Notes under the pieces: model-generated
The model's input: the letters and a program-made list of their open reading frames with translations, nothing else
Told to the model about the DNA's origin: nothing
Databases searched by the model: none
Program-made: the position numbers and the translations under genes
DNA from: Torpedo marmorata
Taxonomy: Eukaryota
NCBI GenBank assembly: GCA_977017645.1
Contig: OZ360220.1
Coordinates: 157,852,001 to 157,916,000 of the forward strand
DNA length: 64,000 nt
Direction: 5' to 3'
Shown: piece by piece, positions 25,634-38,245 of the stretch
How positions within the stretch are numbered: the stretch's first letter is position 1
How the letters are laid out: every line of letters begins with the position of its first letter

Positions 25634-26229
25634 GACTGCACTTCCTGAGAAGACTGAAGCAGGCAAGGCTATCGGCCACCATTAAGTCAATCTTCTATAG
25701 GAGCTCTATAGAGAGCGTCCTGGCTGGCTACATCACAGTGTGGTACGGTTGCTGCAGAGAAGTGGATCGGAGGTCAATCCATTGGACCATAAGAGTGGCA
25801 GTGAGGATCACTGCAGTCTCCCTATCCCCCATCGACGTGATCTACCGGGATCGTTGTCTGAAGAGGGCGCACAAAATCATTGAGGACCCCTTCCTGCATA
25901 GAGCATCTTTCAGCTGCTCCCATCGGGCAAGCAGTACAGAAGTATCAGAGCCAGCACCACCAGGCTGAGGAACAGCTTCTTCCCACAGGCAGTGAGAATG
26001 CTTAACGACCAAAGGAACTGCTCACACAAACCATCCGAGACTTTCATACTCATGAAACAATATTTATTTATATATTTGTATGGATGAATACTTGTCCTGC
26101 ATATGTATTGTTTGTCTGTATGTGTGTTATGTCTGGTTGTATGTCTGCGTGTTTTGCACCGAGGACTGGAGAATGCTGTGTTGTCAGGTTGTACTTGTAC
26201 AATCAGGTGACAATAAACTTGACTTGAAT
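25634..26229 (+). mobile_element. Rex1/Babar-type LINE 3' fragment ending ~21 nt upstream of a dennd1a acceptor
   Basis: LHFLRRLKQA..., CITVWYG-like, KIIEDP; tail GACAATAAACTTGACTTGAA. Confidence 0.85.
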
Positions 26230-26250
26230 GAATCATCAATCTGTTCATAG

Positions 26251-26322
26251 AAAGGAAGTGGAGCCATAATAAATACGATGAAGACAAGGGCAAACCCAGC
26301 AATGAAGACCGTATACAAGTTT
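26251..26322 (+). CDS. dennd1a: DENND1A exon (KGSGAIINTMKTRANPAMKTVYKF)
   Basis: ctgttcatag| ... TTT|gtaagt; 72 nt, phase 0-0. Matches KGSGAILNTVKTKANPAMKTVYKF. Confidence 0.95.
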
Positions 26323-26520
26323 GTAAGTAAATGGTTTTAATATGGCTTGGGAACTTTGTTCATCTATTGATTTACTGAAACCAGTCTCTGAAAAACAGAT
26401 GAATGAGGAGTTGATATTCACTAAAATATATCATATTGAAATATCTGCACAGTTAAGTGTTAGTGAGTGGAGAATACAAATTGAACAGGAGTATCTTCAA
26501 AGGTCAGCCTCAAGTCAATT

Positions 26521-29500
26521 AACATAGAACACTACAGCACAATACCGGCCCTTTGGCCCTCGATGTTGTGCCGACGCATATATTCCTTAAAAACAAAATA
26601 CAAAACCCTCCCTACCCCATAGCCCTCTATTTTCCTTCCATCCATGTGCCTGTCTAAGAGTCTCTTAAATGCCCCTAATGTTTCAGCCTCCACCACCATC
26701 CCTGGCAAGGCATTCCAGGCACCCACAACTATCTTTGTAAAAAACTTACCCCTGATGTCTCCCCTAAACGTCCCTCCCTTGACTTTGTACCTATGTCCTC
26801 TGGTATTTGCTATTCTGGCCCTAAGAAAAAGGCTCTGGCTGTCCACCCTATCAATGCCTCTCATAATCTTGTAGACCTCTATTAAGTCTCCTCTCATCCT
26901 TCTATGCTCCAAAGAGAAAAGTCCAAGCTCTGCTAACCTTGCCTCATAAGACTTATTTTCCATCCAGGCAACATCCTGGTAAATCTCCTCTGCACCCTCT
27001 CCATAGCTTCCACATCCTTCCTATAATGAGGTGACCAGAACTGAACACAATACTTTTAAGTGTGGTCTCACCAGAGATTTGTAGAGTTGCAACAAGATTC
27101 AAGATTCAATTTATTGTCACAGCAATAAGACAGTGTCATATACCACGAAATTTCTTTTTGCCTGCTGCAAGGCAGACAGATTCGCCATCGGCAGAAACCG
27201 CCTAAGCGCCTCTAACATTCCTTACAGTCAGAGAAAGAGAAGCAAAAGAGAGTCCCCCAGAGTCTCCGAGTGTCCATAGATTCGCCTCCAGCGCTTCCGC
27301 AGCCACACAGAGTCCAGTCCAAACGATCGGCATCCCGAGCTCCAGATCCGAACCTCCAACACGGTCAGGTCGCCCTCGGCACCCCCTCACATCCCGGTTC
27401 CGATACCTGGTACTCCTCCAGCCAGTTCAAGCCAACCTCCAGCAGTCCGCAGCCTGTCGTGAGTCCCCCGACAGCAGTCTCCAGCAGCCCACAGCCTCCG
27501 CAGGTTCCTCGCCTCGAGTCACCAGCAGCCCGCCGCATGCACTGGTCCTTCAGCCTCAGAGCCCCTCACCGGTCCGCCGCTGTGCTCACCGTCCCGTGGG
27601 TCGTCTCCTCCGCTTCTCCTTCTCAGACGGGGGTGATCTTCCCGTCCACTGGTGCCCTGCTCCAGTCCTCCGCTTCCCCGGAGGCTGCAGCCCTTCGTGG
27701 CTGCTGCCGATTAATAGGCGCTGCCATCTTGGGCGCAGACCCCGCGGTCGCGGGATCTCAAATGAAACCACCGTCGGCTCCTTTAACGGGCCGTTCAAAG
27801 CCCGTGCGGAACCGTGGGCGGCTGGACCCTGCGGGAGTGCTGTATCTCTGCTCCCCGCGGGTCCGCACCAGTGGCAGCGCTGCCGCTACAGCGGCTCCGG
27901 CAGCGCCGCCATCTTCAGTGACCTCTCTACTCCTGAACTCAATCCCCCTATTAATGAAGCCCAACATCCCATAGACCTTCTTAACTATCCTATCAACCTG
28001 CACGGCAACCCTGAGGGATGTATGGATTTGGACCCCAAGGTCCTTCTGTTCATCCACATTCTTAAGTAACCGACCATTAACCCTGTACTCAGCCTTCTGG
28101 TTTGTCCTTCCAAAATGCATCACCTCATACTTATCCGGATTGAACTCCATCTGCCACTTTTCCTCCCAACTCTGCATCCTGTCTATATTCTTTTGTAACC
28201 TACGACAACCTTCAGCATCATCCACAACTCCTTCAACCTTCGTATCATCCGCAAACTTACTGACCCATCCTTCCGCCTCTTCATCTAGGTCATTTATAAC
28301 GATCACAAAGAGCAGGGGTCCCAGAACAGATCCTTGTGGAACACCATGAGTCACTGACCTCCAGGCAGAATACTTTCCTTCCACTCTACTCTCTGCTTTC
28401 TACATGCAAGACAATTTTTTATCCACACAGCCAAGGTTCCATGGACCCCATGCCTCATGACTTTGTGTACATGGGGAATCTTGTCAAATGCCTTACTAAA
28501 ATCCATATAGACCACATCTACTGCCCTACCCTCACAATTACCTTTGTTATCTCCTCAAAAAACTCAGTTAGGCTCGTGGGGCACAACCTTCCCTTCACAA
28601 AGCCATGCTGACTCCTTGAGTAGACTGTCTTTCTCCAAATGCTCATAGATCCTATCCTTAAGAATCCTCTCCAATAGTTTGCACAACACTGATGTAAGAC
28701 TCACCGGTCTATAATTCCCAGGATTCTCCCTATTACCTTTTTTAAACAAGGGGACCACATTTGCCATTTTCCAATTCTCCGACACCTCCCGTATGGCCAA
28801 AGAGTACTCAAAGATCATGGCCACTGCACAAGCTATCTCTTCCCTCACTTCCCACAGCAACCTGGGGTATATCGCGTCCAGCCCCAGGGACTTATCAATC
28901 TTGATGTTTTTAAGAAGATCCAACTCTTCCTATTCCTTAATCTCAACATTGTCCAGCACACAAGCCTGTTCTATTCTGACCTCACCCTGATCCAAGTCCT
29001 TTTCTCTTGTGAATACTGAAGCAAAATATTAATTTAGGACCTCCCCATCTCCTCCACCTCCAGGCACACGTTGCCTCCTTTATCCTTTAGCAGCCCCACC
29101 TTCATTCTCGTCATCCTTCTGTTCTTCACATATGCATAGAACACCTTGGAGTTCCCTTTAATCCTACATGCCAAGCCCTTCTCATGCCCCCTTCGACCTC
29201 TCAAAAGTCCTTTCTTAAGCTCCTTCCTGGCTAACATATACTTCTCATGAGCCGTTCCTGTTTCCTGCTTCCTATATCTAATATATGCTTCCTTCTTCCT
29301 CTTGACTAGCTGCCTCACCTGTTTCGTCAACCACGGTTCCGTTTGCCTACCATCTTTTCCCTGTCCCACTGGGACAAACCTATCCTGAACCCAGCACAAG
29401 TGGTCCCTAAACTTCCTGCACGTTAGTCTGTACTTTCACCTTTGAACATCTGTTTCCAATTTACTCTCGCTAGTTCCTGCCTCATACCATCGTAATTAGC

Positions 29501-31575
29501 CCTCACCCAATTAAACACTTTCCCATTTTGTCTTCTTTTATCCTTATCCATAGCTGTGCTAAAGCTCAGGGAGTTGTGGTCACTCTTACCAAAATGCTCC
29601 CCCATGGAGAGGACCACGACCTGACCAGGTTCATTACCCAGAACTAGATCCAGTGTGGCCTCTCCTCTCATCAGCTGGTCCACATACTGTGTCAGGAATC
29701 CTTCTTGAACACACCTGACAAATTCAGCCCCATCTATCCCTGTTGCAGTCAGGAGGTGCCAATCAATATTAGGGAAGTTGAAGTCTCCCATAACAACAAC
29801 CCTGTATTTCCTACACCATTCCAAAATCAGCCTGCTTATCTGCTCCTCGGTGTCTTGAGGGTTATTTGGGGGCCTATTGACTACTCCTAGTTCCGTGATT
29901 GCTCCCTTCCTATTTCTGATTTCCACTCACACCTTCTCAGTAGACACTCACTCAGCAGCGTCCTCCCTTTCTCTAGCCGTGATACTATCCCTGACCAGTA
30001 ATGCTACTCACCCCCGCTCTCTTACCTCCCATCCTATTCCTTTTAAAACACCTAAACCCCTGCTCCTGCATCAGCCAATCCTGCCCTTCCTCCAGCCAAG
30101 TCTCTGTAATGGCCACAACATCGCAGTTCCACGTACTGATCCGTGCTCTAAGTTCATCCCCTTTATTCCTAATACTCCTAGCGTTGAAATAGAAGCATTT
30201 CAACCCCTCTAACTGGCTACATTTATGTTTTGTCCTCTGCCTGTCCTTCCTCACAAACTCAGAACACATAGCATCATGCTTTTGACCTTCTGCCCTATTC
30301 TCTGCACTCACATTCTGGTTCCCACCTGCCTGCCAAACTAGTTTAAACCCTCCCCAACAGCTCTAGTTAACCTGGCCGCCAGGATATTGGTCCCTTTCCA
30401 GTTCAAATGCAGCCCGTCCTTTTTGTACAGGTCAGACCTTCCCCAGAATAGATCCCAATGATCCACAAATCTGAACCCCTGTCCCCTGCACCAATTCTTC
30501 AGCCACGCATTCATCTGCCACAACTTCCTATTCCTACCATCTCTGGCGCATGGCACAGCAGCAATCCCGAGATTACCACCCTTGAGGTCCTGCTTTTTAA
30601 CTTCTTTCCTAACTCCCTATATTCCCTCTTCAGGACCTCATCACTACTCCGGTCTATCTCATTGGTCCCCACGTGGACCACGACATCTGGCTGCTCACCC
30701 TCCCCCTCCAGAATGCTGTGAACTCGATCAGAGATGTCCCTGACCCTGGCACCTGGGAGGCAACATACTATCCAGGAGCCTCGATCTCTTTCACAGAACC
30801 TCCTATCTGCTCGCCTTCCCTTCTGAGCCGAGGGGTCAGTCTCTGCCAGAGATGTGACCACTACAACTTGTCCCTGGTAGATTGTCCCCCCAACAGTATC
30901 CCAAATAGTATACTTATTGTTGAGGGGAACGGCCACAGGGGTGCTCTGCTCTGTCTGCTTATTCCCCTTCCCTCTCCTAACAGTCACCCAGCTACCTGCC
31001 TCCTGACATTTGGGGGTGACTGTCTCCCTGAGACTCCTCTCTCTCACTGCCTCTGCCTCCCGAATGATCCAGAGTTCATCCAGCTCCAGCTCCAATTCCC
31101 TAACTCAGTCTCCCAGGAGCTGCAGCTGGATGCACCTCTTGCAGGTGTAGTCATCAGGGACAATTGTGCTGTCCCAGATTTCCCACATGCTGCATTTGGA
31201 GAATTCTACTGCCCTAGCTGCTGTCTCCATTATCTATTCCTAGTTTAAATACAATGATCTTACCTGGCCTTACCTTGCCGGAAACAAACTCGTCCTCAGC
31301 CTCTGCTCGCCGAAGGCTCGTGAGCCAAAGCCTCAAAGTCCCACTCCTACCCTGAGCCACTCGCACACTGGCCGTTCTGCACTGGCTGCTCCGTTTGAGC
31401 TTCCCCTGTTTTTATTTGTCACTGCCCTATACCCTATATTTGTAGTACTCACTCCCACCAATCACCGCTCTGTTTAACCCTTAAATTGCCCTCCGCTCTC
31501 TTTTTGAATACACTCACCAAAGCTGGTTCCCGACACTCACAGCTCTCCCGAGTCCGAAGCTCCTCCTCTTCCAGC
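26521..31575 (-). mobile_element. CR1 LINE, essentially full length but decayed (5'UTR, ORF1 Zn-finger/leucine zipper + esterase from ATG 31230, ORF2 APE+RT); interrupted by retroposon copy 4
   Basis: CKRCIQLQ...[52 protein letters not shown]; tail at ~26521. Confidence 0.93.
27095..27918 (-). mobile_element. ~0.8 kb GC-rich non-autonomous retroposon, copy 4, nested in CR1
   Basis: Splits the CR1 sequence GTTGCAACA|TGACCTCTC, which is intact in the sister copy at ~20707-20724. Confidence 0.92.
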
Positions 31576-31754
31576 AACGGTCCCAAAATTACAACTTGCA
31601 GCTCTTTTCTGGTTATAAGAAAAATTTGTTTCAGTAGGCTCAAATGGCTACTGGTATTTAATCAGCTCCCATACATCAGGGATCTTTCAACTCTCACAAG
31701 GCTTTGTAAATAATGTCCTTCATCATCCAAACCTGTCATTGGAAGAGAAATGGA

Positions 31755-32085
31755 AATAAGCAACAAGTAAGATCTGAAGACCAGAACCTCAAGGTTCAAG
31801 AACAATTTCTTTCCAACAGCTATCAGGCTCTTGAACCTTCCCTTGTTACACTAATCAGGGACTACTCTGACACCACAAAAGGACTGTCTGCACTATTGTA
31901 ATGCCACTTTTTTTTTTACACTGGTAATTGTGAATATTTATTATCTATTTTTGTATTTATTATCTCTTTTTAATTTAATGTACGCTATTGTAGTTTGTTT
32001 TTTCCTTTACGAAGTACCTGTTCGGCTGCATCAAGTAAGAATTTTAGTGCAGACGTACATTGAACAATGCACATGACAATAAACA
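31755..32085 (+). mobile_element. Rex1-type LINE 3' tail fragment
   Basis: AGGTTCAAGAACAATTTCTTTCCAACAGCTATCAGGCTCTTGAAC ... ATGACAATAAA. Confidence 0.7.
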
Positions 32086-33492
32086 TTATCATGAATAATT
32101 TATAAAATATGAGGAGTATTTCTACAGGCATAGGCAATGTGATGAGATGAGAGTTTGTTGTCATTCATTCAGGTACAATGTACAGATTCACTGAAATTCT
32201 CTTTGCAGCTAAATGTACAGGTACATAAAACACACTCATTAACAAAAGGTATAAATCAAGTTACCACATGAGAGGAAAAAAGATAATACATATAAAAGGA
32301 TAGGAAAATAACAGATACAGTTAGTGCAAAAAATGTGATGTTACTATAGTGCAGACAGATCTTTGGTCCTGGAGTAGTTTTCTGGTTAGGGAAATTTTAT
32401 ATATTCACGAAAGGTTTTGGGTGAATGAAAAAGACAACCTTCCCTGATTAAGGCATCAATGCTGAGAAATCATTCAATTTAAGAGGGAGGAGAAATGCTA
32501 AGAAAATATATCTTGTATCTGAAGTTGATGGAGTTAAGACCACTGGACTGTTTGAGAGAAAGAATAAATAACTGTTTGAAGCCGAAAGTATGTTGTCCCA
32601 AAAAATAGCCCCTACAAACACAACAGCCTGAACACATTTCACTCTCATTCTGTGAAATTGGCTTGATATCAAAATTACTGTCTCCTGGGTGGCCAACTGG
32701 TGAAGATATAACAAGATTTCTTCCAGGATTCCCCAGAAGAGCTTTTCTGTCCCTACTGGGGCTGAGAGTCCAGGTGACCTGAGAAGTTGACAAAGGAGTG
32801 GTACTTGTGAAAACAAGATGTAAAAGATCTCCAGGGACCATTACTGACCTTGTTTACAAACTTCTCTGCTGAATTTAGTTAAGTCACTGCACCAGTGATC
32901 CAGATTATTAGAGAATATAGAAATGGAAGGCAGTGTCAGAAGTAATAAGCCCCTGGAAACCACTACACAAGCTGGTATTGCAGCAAATGTGTTTATCGTG
33001 AGACAGTTGAGAATCATTATAAAGATACTGTGGACCCTACTGGGCCATTTACATTGTGAATTAGCTAAGAACTTGCTTCTATATGTTTCAACCTTCAATG
33101 CTCCCACAGGCTGAAACTTCATTGTTGTGCATTCTAAGGCTAAGAATTTTTTTGCAGACTATTTCTTTCATATTTATTTCTACACCTAATTCACTTTTCT
33201 TTTGCAAGATATTTTAGACAAATTTAGTAAAAGTAGAAATATTTCAGTGCTTTTAATTTCAACTGTGCTTCAGCCTAATGTCTGATTCTAATCAGTGCAT
33301 AAGTATGAGCAATGTATTCGTTTTCAGAAATTCATAGTTCTTCCTATGAACTTTCTGCTCCTCGTATTCTCTGTTAATGGGTTGTATCAAAATAGCAGAA
33401 ATAAAAATGGTTTAATAGGGAGGTTTGTATCTATTGGAAGTAGATGAAGTATGCTGAGAGGTTTTAACTTGAATTCTCTTCTGCACTGCTAG

Positions 33493-33549
33493 GCAAAAGA
33501 TCATGCGAAAATGGGAATAAAAGAGGTGAAAAATCGTTTGAAGCAAAAG
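33493..33549 (+). CDS. dennd1a: DENND1A exon (AKDHAKMGIKEVKNRLKQK)
   Basis: ttctcttctgcactgctag| ... AAG|gtattt; 57 nt, phase 0-0. Peptide matches DENND1A rather than DENND1B as remembered. Confidence 0.95.
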
Positions 33550-34438
33550 GTATTTGATTTATGTTCAGTGCTGCATTAAGTACCAAACCATTAAATGTAT
33601 TATCTGATCAATGTGGAACTGTTTGAAGCATTGTCATGACTACACTTGAAAGTGCATTAACACTGATGATGATGAGTGAGCGTTTAGAAAAATATGGAGA
33701 GATACCGAACCTCTCTTAACCCAAAAAAGATTGTATTGTTTCTTTCTGAGCTCTTGTCCGATATCAGCTAAGATGGTGAAAGCACAAGTTAGGTGCTGAG
33801 TGAATCTTTCCCTTTAATGTCTCTCCTTAACCCCAATCTAACAATACCATCGCTGTTGCATCACTGAACTTCATAGTCTCCTTGAGTGATGGTGCCAATT
33901 AGTGATCAATTAAAATTGCTTTGCATCCAGTACACGGCTTCTCACTTGAGGGCTTGAGACTACCCAAACTCATTTCACTTTGACCCCTTTGTCCCAATGG
34001 GTTTCTCTCAAACCCAGATTCCAATGTGCAGAGTTCTCACCCAGACCCAAATCTGCTGAAATTCACCAACCTTTAATTAACACGTCCAAAAAAGAAGTTG
34101 TTAAGAGGAATGACCAATGGCTTGACCAAGAAAGATTATTTTTAGGAGATTCTTAAATGAAGGAAGGAAAGTGGCGACAAAGGAATTGAAAAGAGAATTC
34201 TGAAGCAATTGATTTGGTCAGTTGAAAACATGCTAATCATTCATGAAATTGAAGGAGGAAGAGATGGACATGATTCCAGAGGAAGGGAGTATATGTTTGC
34301 AGACAATTCAGATAATTACAGATTTAGCAGGGACCAGACTGGGAAGAGATTTAAACACAAGCAAATGTTAAATTCAAGGCTATGGGTGGGGTGAGGAGTG
34401 GGAGCTAATGACTCAGCGTCAGATATATTTGGAAATGG

Positions 34439-35281
34439 TAAAAAACACAAATGCTGGAGAAACTCAGCAGGTCAAACAGTGTCTTTTATGTAGCAAAGGT
34501 AGAAATACATAACCGACGTTTCGGGCTTGAGCCCTTCATCAAAGTATGAGAAAATGCCGGCAGGCATCCGAACAAAAGAGTGAAGGGGGGAAGGGGGGGG
34601 TGGCAAAGGCAGGAGATGCTAGGTGGAGAAAGGAGGGAGGGGACAGCAGCAAAGAGGGGGAGGAGGGGTGGCTGGGTGGGTGGAAAAAAACTGGAAGGAC
34701 AGGTGAGGGGGGAGGGGAAGGAAAAGACAAGCAGGTTTAGTGGAAAGCAGAAAAGTCAATGTTAATGCCATCTGGCTGGAGAGTGCCCAGACGAAAAATG
34801 AGATGTTGTTCCTCCAATCTGCGGGTAGTCTGGGTGGGATAGTACATAAGGCCATGGACAGACATGTGAATGTGGGAGTGTGACTCGGAATTGAAATGGC
34901 TGGCTACTGGGAGGTCGCTGTTGTTGCGGACGGAGAGGAGGTGCTCAGCAAAGCGATCTCCCAATCTATGACCGGTCTCTCCGATGTAGGGAAAGCCACA
35001 AAGGGAGCACCGGATGCAGTAAATAAGTTCTCTGGATGTACAAGTGAAGTGTAGCTTCACTTGAAAGGCCTGTTTGGGGCCCCGGACTGTGGTGAGGGGG
35101 GAGGTGTGGGCGCAGGTGTTGCACCTCCTGCGGGCACAGGGGAAGGTGCCGGGGGTGCGATGGGTGGGGAGGGATAAGTGCACGAGGGAATCGCGGAGGG
35201 AGCGGTCCCTGCAGAAGGCCGAGAGGGGAGGAGAAGGAAAAATGTGTCTGGTGGTGGGATCCTGTAGTAAGTGCCGGAAAT
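34439..35281 (-). mobile_element. Penelope-like retroelement (Neptune-type GIY-YIG endonuclease fragment + 3' pLTR), 5'-truncated, 15-bp TSD
   Basis: ORF 34737-35183: PGTFPCARRRCNTC...LIYCIRCSLCGFPYIGET...RFAEH...VASHF...RLEEQHLIFRLGTLQPDGIN. TATATTTGGAAATGG is duplicated at 34424-34438 and 35282-35296. Confidence 0.92.
34505..34550 (-). ncRNA. Minimal type-I hammerhead ribozyme-like motif in PLE terminal repeat
   Basis: - strand reads CATACT-TTGATGA-A-GGGC(TCAA)GCCC-GAAAC-GTC-GGTTATG. Core has U instead of C3 and a palindromic ACGT helix III. Activity untested. Confidence 0.6.
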
Positions 35282-35399
35282 TATATTTGGAAATGGCACT
35301 GAACTAAGCGTTTAGGTAATTAAGAGAGATGGTGATAACATTCAGGAAGACAACAATAAACCCAGAACCTTTGTGTAATTTACAAATAAGTTGTACTTT

Positions 35400-35840
35400 A
35401 AGTATGAGGTGGCATTTGGTAAGAAGAGTGAAGAAACACATTCAAATGAGGGAATGCAGTAAAGTTCACCAGATTGATTCCAAGCATTGTGGGACTGTGT
35501 GATGTGAAGATTCAGCAGAATGAGATGTGATCTGATTGAAACATTCAAAGTTCTCATATGGGAAACATGATAGATTTCAGGATGTTTTCCCTGGCTGGGT
35601 TACGTCTCAGCCATTCAGGATGTAGATGGGAAAACAATACCTTCACTCAGAGGGTGGTGAATTTTTCAATGTTCACTGCCCAAGACACCTGCAAATGTGC
35701 AGTCACTGAGAGCCTTCTAGACAATTCCAGAGATTGATGGATTTTGTAGATTAAAAGTGAATTAAGAGATACATAATTGGTACAGGAAAATGGAGCTGAG
35801 GTGAAAGATTGTTATCTTCTGGTTCTGTTCCTCATGTTCA
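35400..35840 (+). mobile_element. Old CR1 3' fragment
   Basis: GATCTGATTGAAACATTCAAAGTTCT and TTCACTCAGAGGGTGGTGAAT motifs. Confidence 0.55.
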
Positions 35841-36029
35841 TTTAGATCTTGCAAAATGAGGGGGAAGCTTGCTTGACTCACTTTGTGACATTCCATTGAC
35901 CATAGTTCTGTTCATAAATCATCATTTAATCCATCATCTGCATCACTTGGCTCTGAAGTTTGCCCAAATGTATTCTTTAGTGTTTCTCACAAAATTCACA
36001 AGTGTCTTCCATAGTTTCAACCATTCATG

Positions 36030-36900
36030 AAATGGTCTCAACTCCTCTCATTGAGGATGACTCTCATGCTCCACTTCTGTGGGTGATGAGGCCACTGTGG
36101 GAACTGGACTCTCTCAGATGGAGAAGGAGGTGTTGGAGGAGATGAGCAGATGGTGCAGTCCTCTTGCCAGTCACAGGGCTCCTTTGTGCTTCTCATACAC
36201 AGACCAGTGCTTCTGGGTTCTCCTTTGCCACTTTCAATGGCCGTGGACTTGAGATTCTCAAGAGTCAGTGGAGGTGTTGCATCTTTTCAAGGAGGCTTAA
36301 AGAAATTACATGAATCTTTTCCTCTGTTGTCCTGGTAATGTTGTCCTGTGTCAGAGCTCAGACTAGACTGCCTGTTTCAGGATTATGGTGTCGGCAAGTG
36401 AACAATGCATCCTGCCCAGTGGAGCCGACAAACAGTAATTAGGGCCTCATTGCTGGGTATTTTGGCATGGGAGCAAATGTGGAGGATCATCCAGGAGGGC
36501 AGGGATCACAAATACCCAGTAAATCAAGTTTGAGATCCACATTTCACATACTCTTTTATGTGTCAGCCAAGGCCTTGGTGCACTGAAAGTGATGGACTGA
36601 CTCTATGTTCATCTCCACTCTTGCTAGGAAGTGAATTTGAAAATATGGGAAGTTAATCATGTTTACCAGCCCCTTGTCTTCAACCTTCATTTTCAGAGAG
36701 CAATATGGTGTAATGGCAACAGGTTGTACAGGGCCTTTGTCTTTTGGAACTTTGAGTACAAGCTTCAACCTCTCAAACACTCTATGAATGATTAACAACA
36801 ACTTGGATCTGGTCTCTTACACGTACTGAAGTAGGGGTGACCTTGGTCCTCCAGCGTTGTCGCCATAGGTTGAACAGTTTCTCATTAGTCCTGCAGATTA
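36030..36900 (-). mobile_element. Old RTE-clade LINE fragment
   Basis: Decayed post-RT motif (V..INFPY..I...HHFQC) and an L.WAG..V-like region on the - strand; heavily degenerate. Confidence 0.5.
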
Positions 36901-38113
36901 GCCTCCTTCCATCTGGAATCTTGTTCAAGTTGAGGCATTGAATTGGGAAGAATGGCAAAACATTTTGGGGCCATGAAGCATCTTTGCTTGAGACTGGTCC
37001 TCAGTGAAATTGGGTTTATTGTCAACTCTTATTTGGGATCAAGGCTAAATGGCATAATGTTGCAAATCTAAGATGGGATTGAATTTCTGCAGGAAGCCAG
37101 ATTTGAGGAGGGCACTCCACAATCCCTATCTGCTGATAGTCAATTACTTTAAGTTTGATAAAGGCCATCAATGCTATTCTGCTAATTTCTCAAAGTCCAT
37201 GGGAGATGATCATCCACCTGAGAACTGGTTACAATATCTCCTGTAAATCTCCTGAAATGTAAAATGTTGAGCTTGTTATTCCAGTTCTTTATTTGACCTC
37301 AAAATAATGCTTTAAAAAAACCCAAGCTAAACCTTTCTGCCAGTGTTATAAATAGAATATCCGTGGGAAGTGTGATTCCAGTGCACAGAAATTTTATTTC
37401 ATAGGAACTCCTGTGTCACCTTTCATCCATCCATCAGAAATTCTGTCAAAAATGGCCCCAATTCTCATTATTTCAATACAATATGAGTTTAAAATAAACA
37501 GTAACATAATATTATTGGAACAGCTCTAAACCTTTGAATGAGATTGAACTTTTGGATGCTGAGATTAGATCTTTCCCTGACCATAGTAATCCAGATGCAT
37601 AATCACCACTAACCCATTGACTTGTTTTAAAAATATGAGAAATTTTGATGAAACTCACTTTTCAAAGCAAACACAATTTATCTATTTAAGAGCTGGCTCA
37701 CCATCTGTGATGAAAAGCCTCTTTCCTCATCCTCCCCTGATCCTGACAGCTACCGTGGCATTCATGTTAATTTTCAACAGTTGGCCACACTAGTTCCTGA
37801 TAACAGCTAAATGCCCTGTACTGCCAGTCTCGCATGTACAATCATGATATCTGAAAATTATTTTACTCAGACAAAAGTTGCTAAAAGCCTGCACAGTGAC
37901 TACCTCACTATCACTATAGACTGCAATGAAAGAAGTAGTTCCTTGACTAATATATTGTTTCACTCCAATGGCTCAACGGTGTTAAGTTGTTTGCGTACTT
38001 TTAGCTTGTGTTTCTAACATGGATACACCCATTCCCTGGAGTGCTCCCTTTTGCCCTGAGCCCCTAATCATGAAAGGTCCTTACTATGCAAATCATTTTT
38101 TCCTACTATGCAG

Positions 38114-38245
38114 GAGATGGCAGAAAATGGCTATACAGTGGCAGGAGACAATGTCCAGCAGAAAGGTATTGCGTCCCCTCTGTCAGAGAAGAAAGAAGGG
38201 AGGCAGCGAGATGATCGGCGGCCAATAACAATGCACTTCGGGCAG
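38114..38245 (+). CDS. dennd1a: DENND1A exon (EMAENGYTVAGDNVQQKGIASPLSEKKEGRQRDDRRPITMHFGQ)
   Basis: ttttttcctactatgcag| ... CAG|gtatgc; 132 nt, phase 0-0. AENG and DRRPITxHFGQ are DENND1A hallmarks. Confidence 0.93.

Noticed and set aside
27758-28384. CR1 RT ORF with an unusual Ala/Gly-rich C-terminus
   Set aside because: Chance fusion at the junction with nested retroposon copy 4.
38019-38228. Track ORF overlapping the dennd1a exon
   Set aside because: Wrong frame; the spliced frame starting at 38114 gives the recognisable DENND1A peptide.
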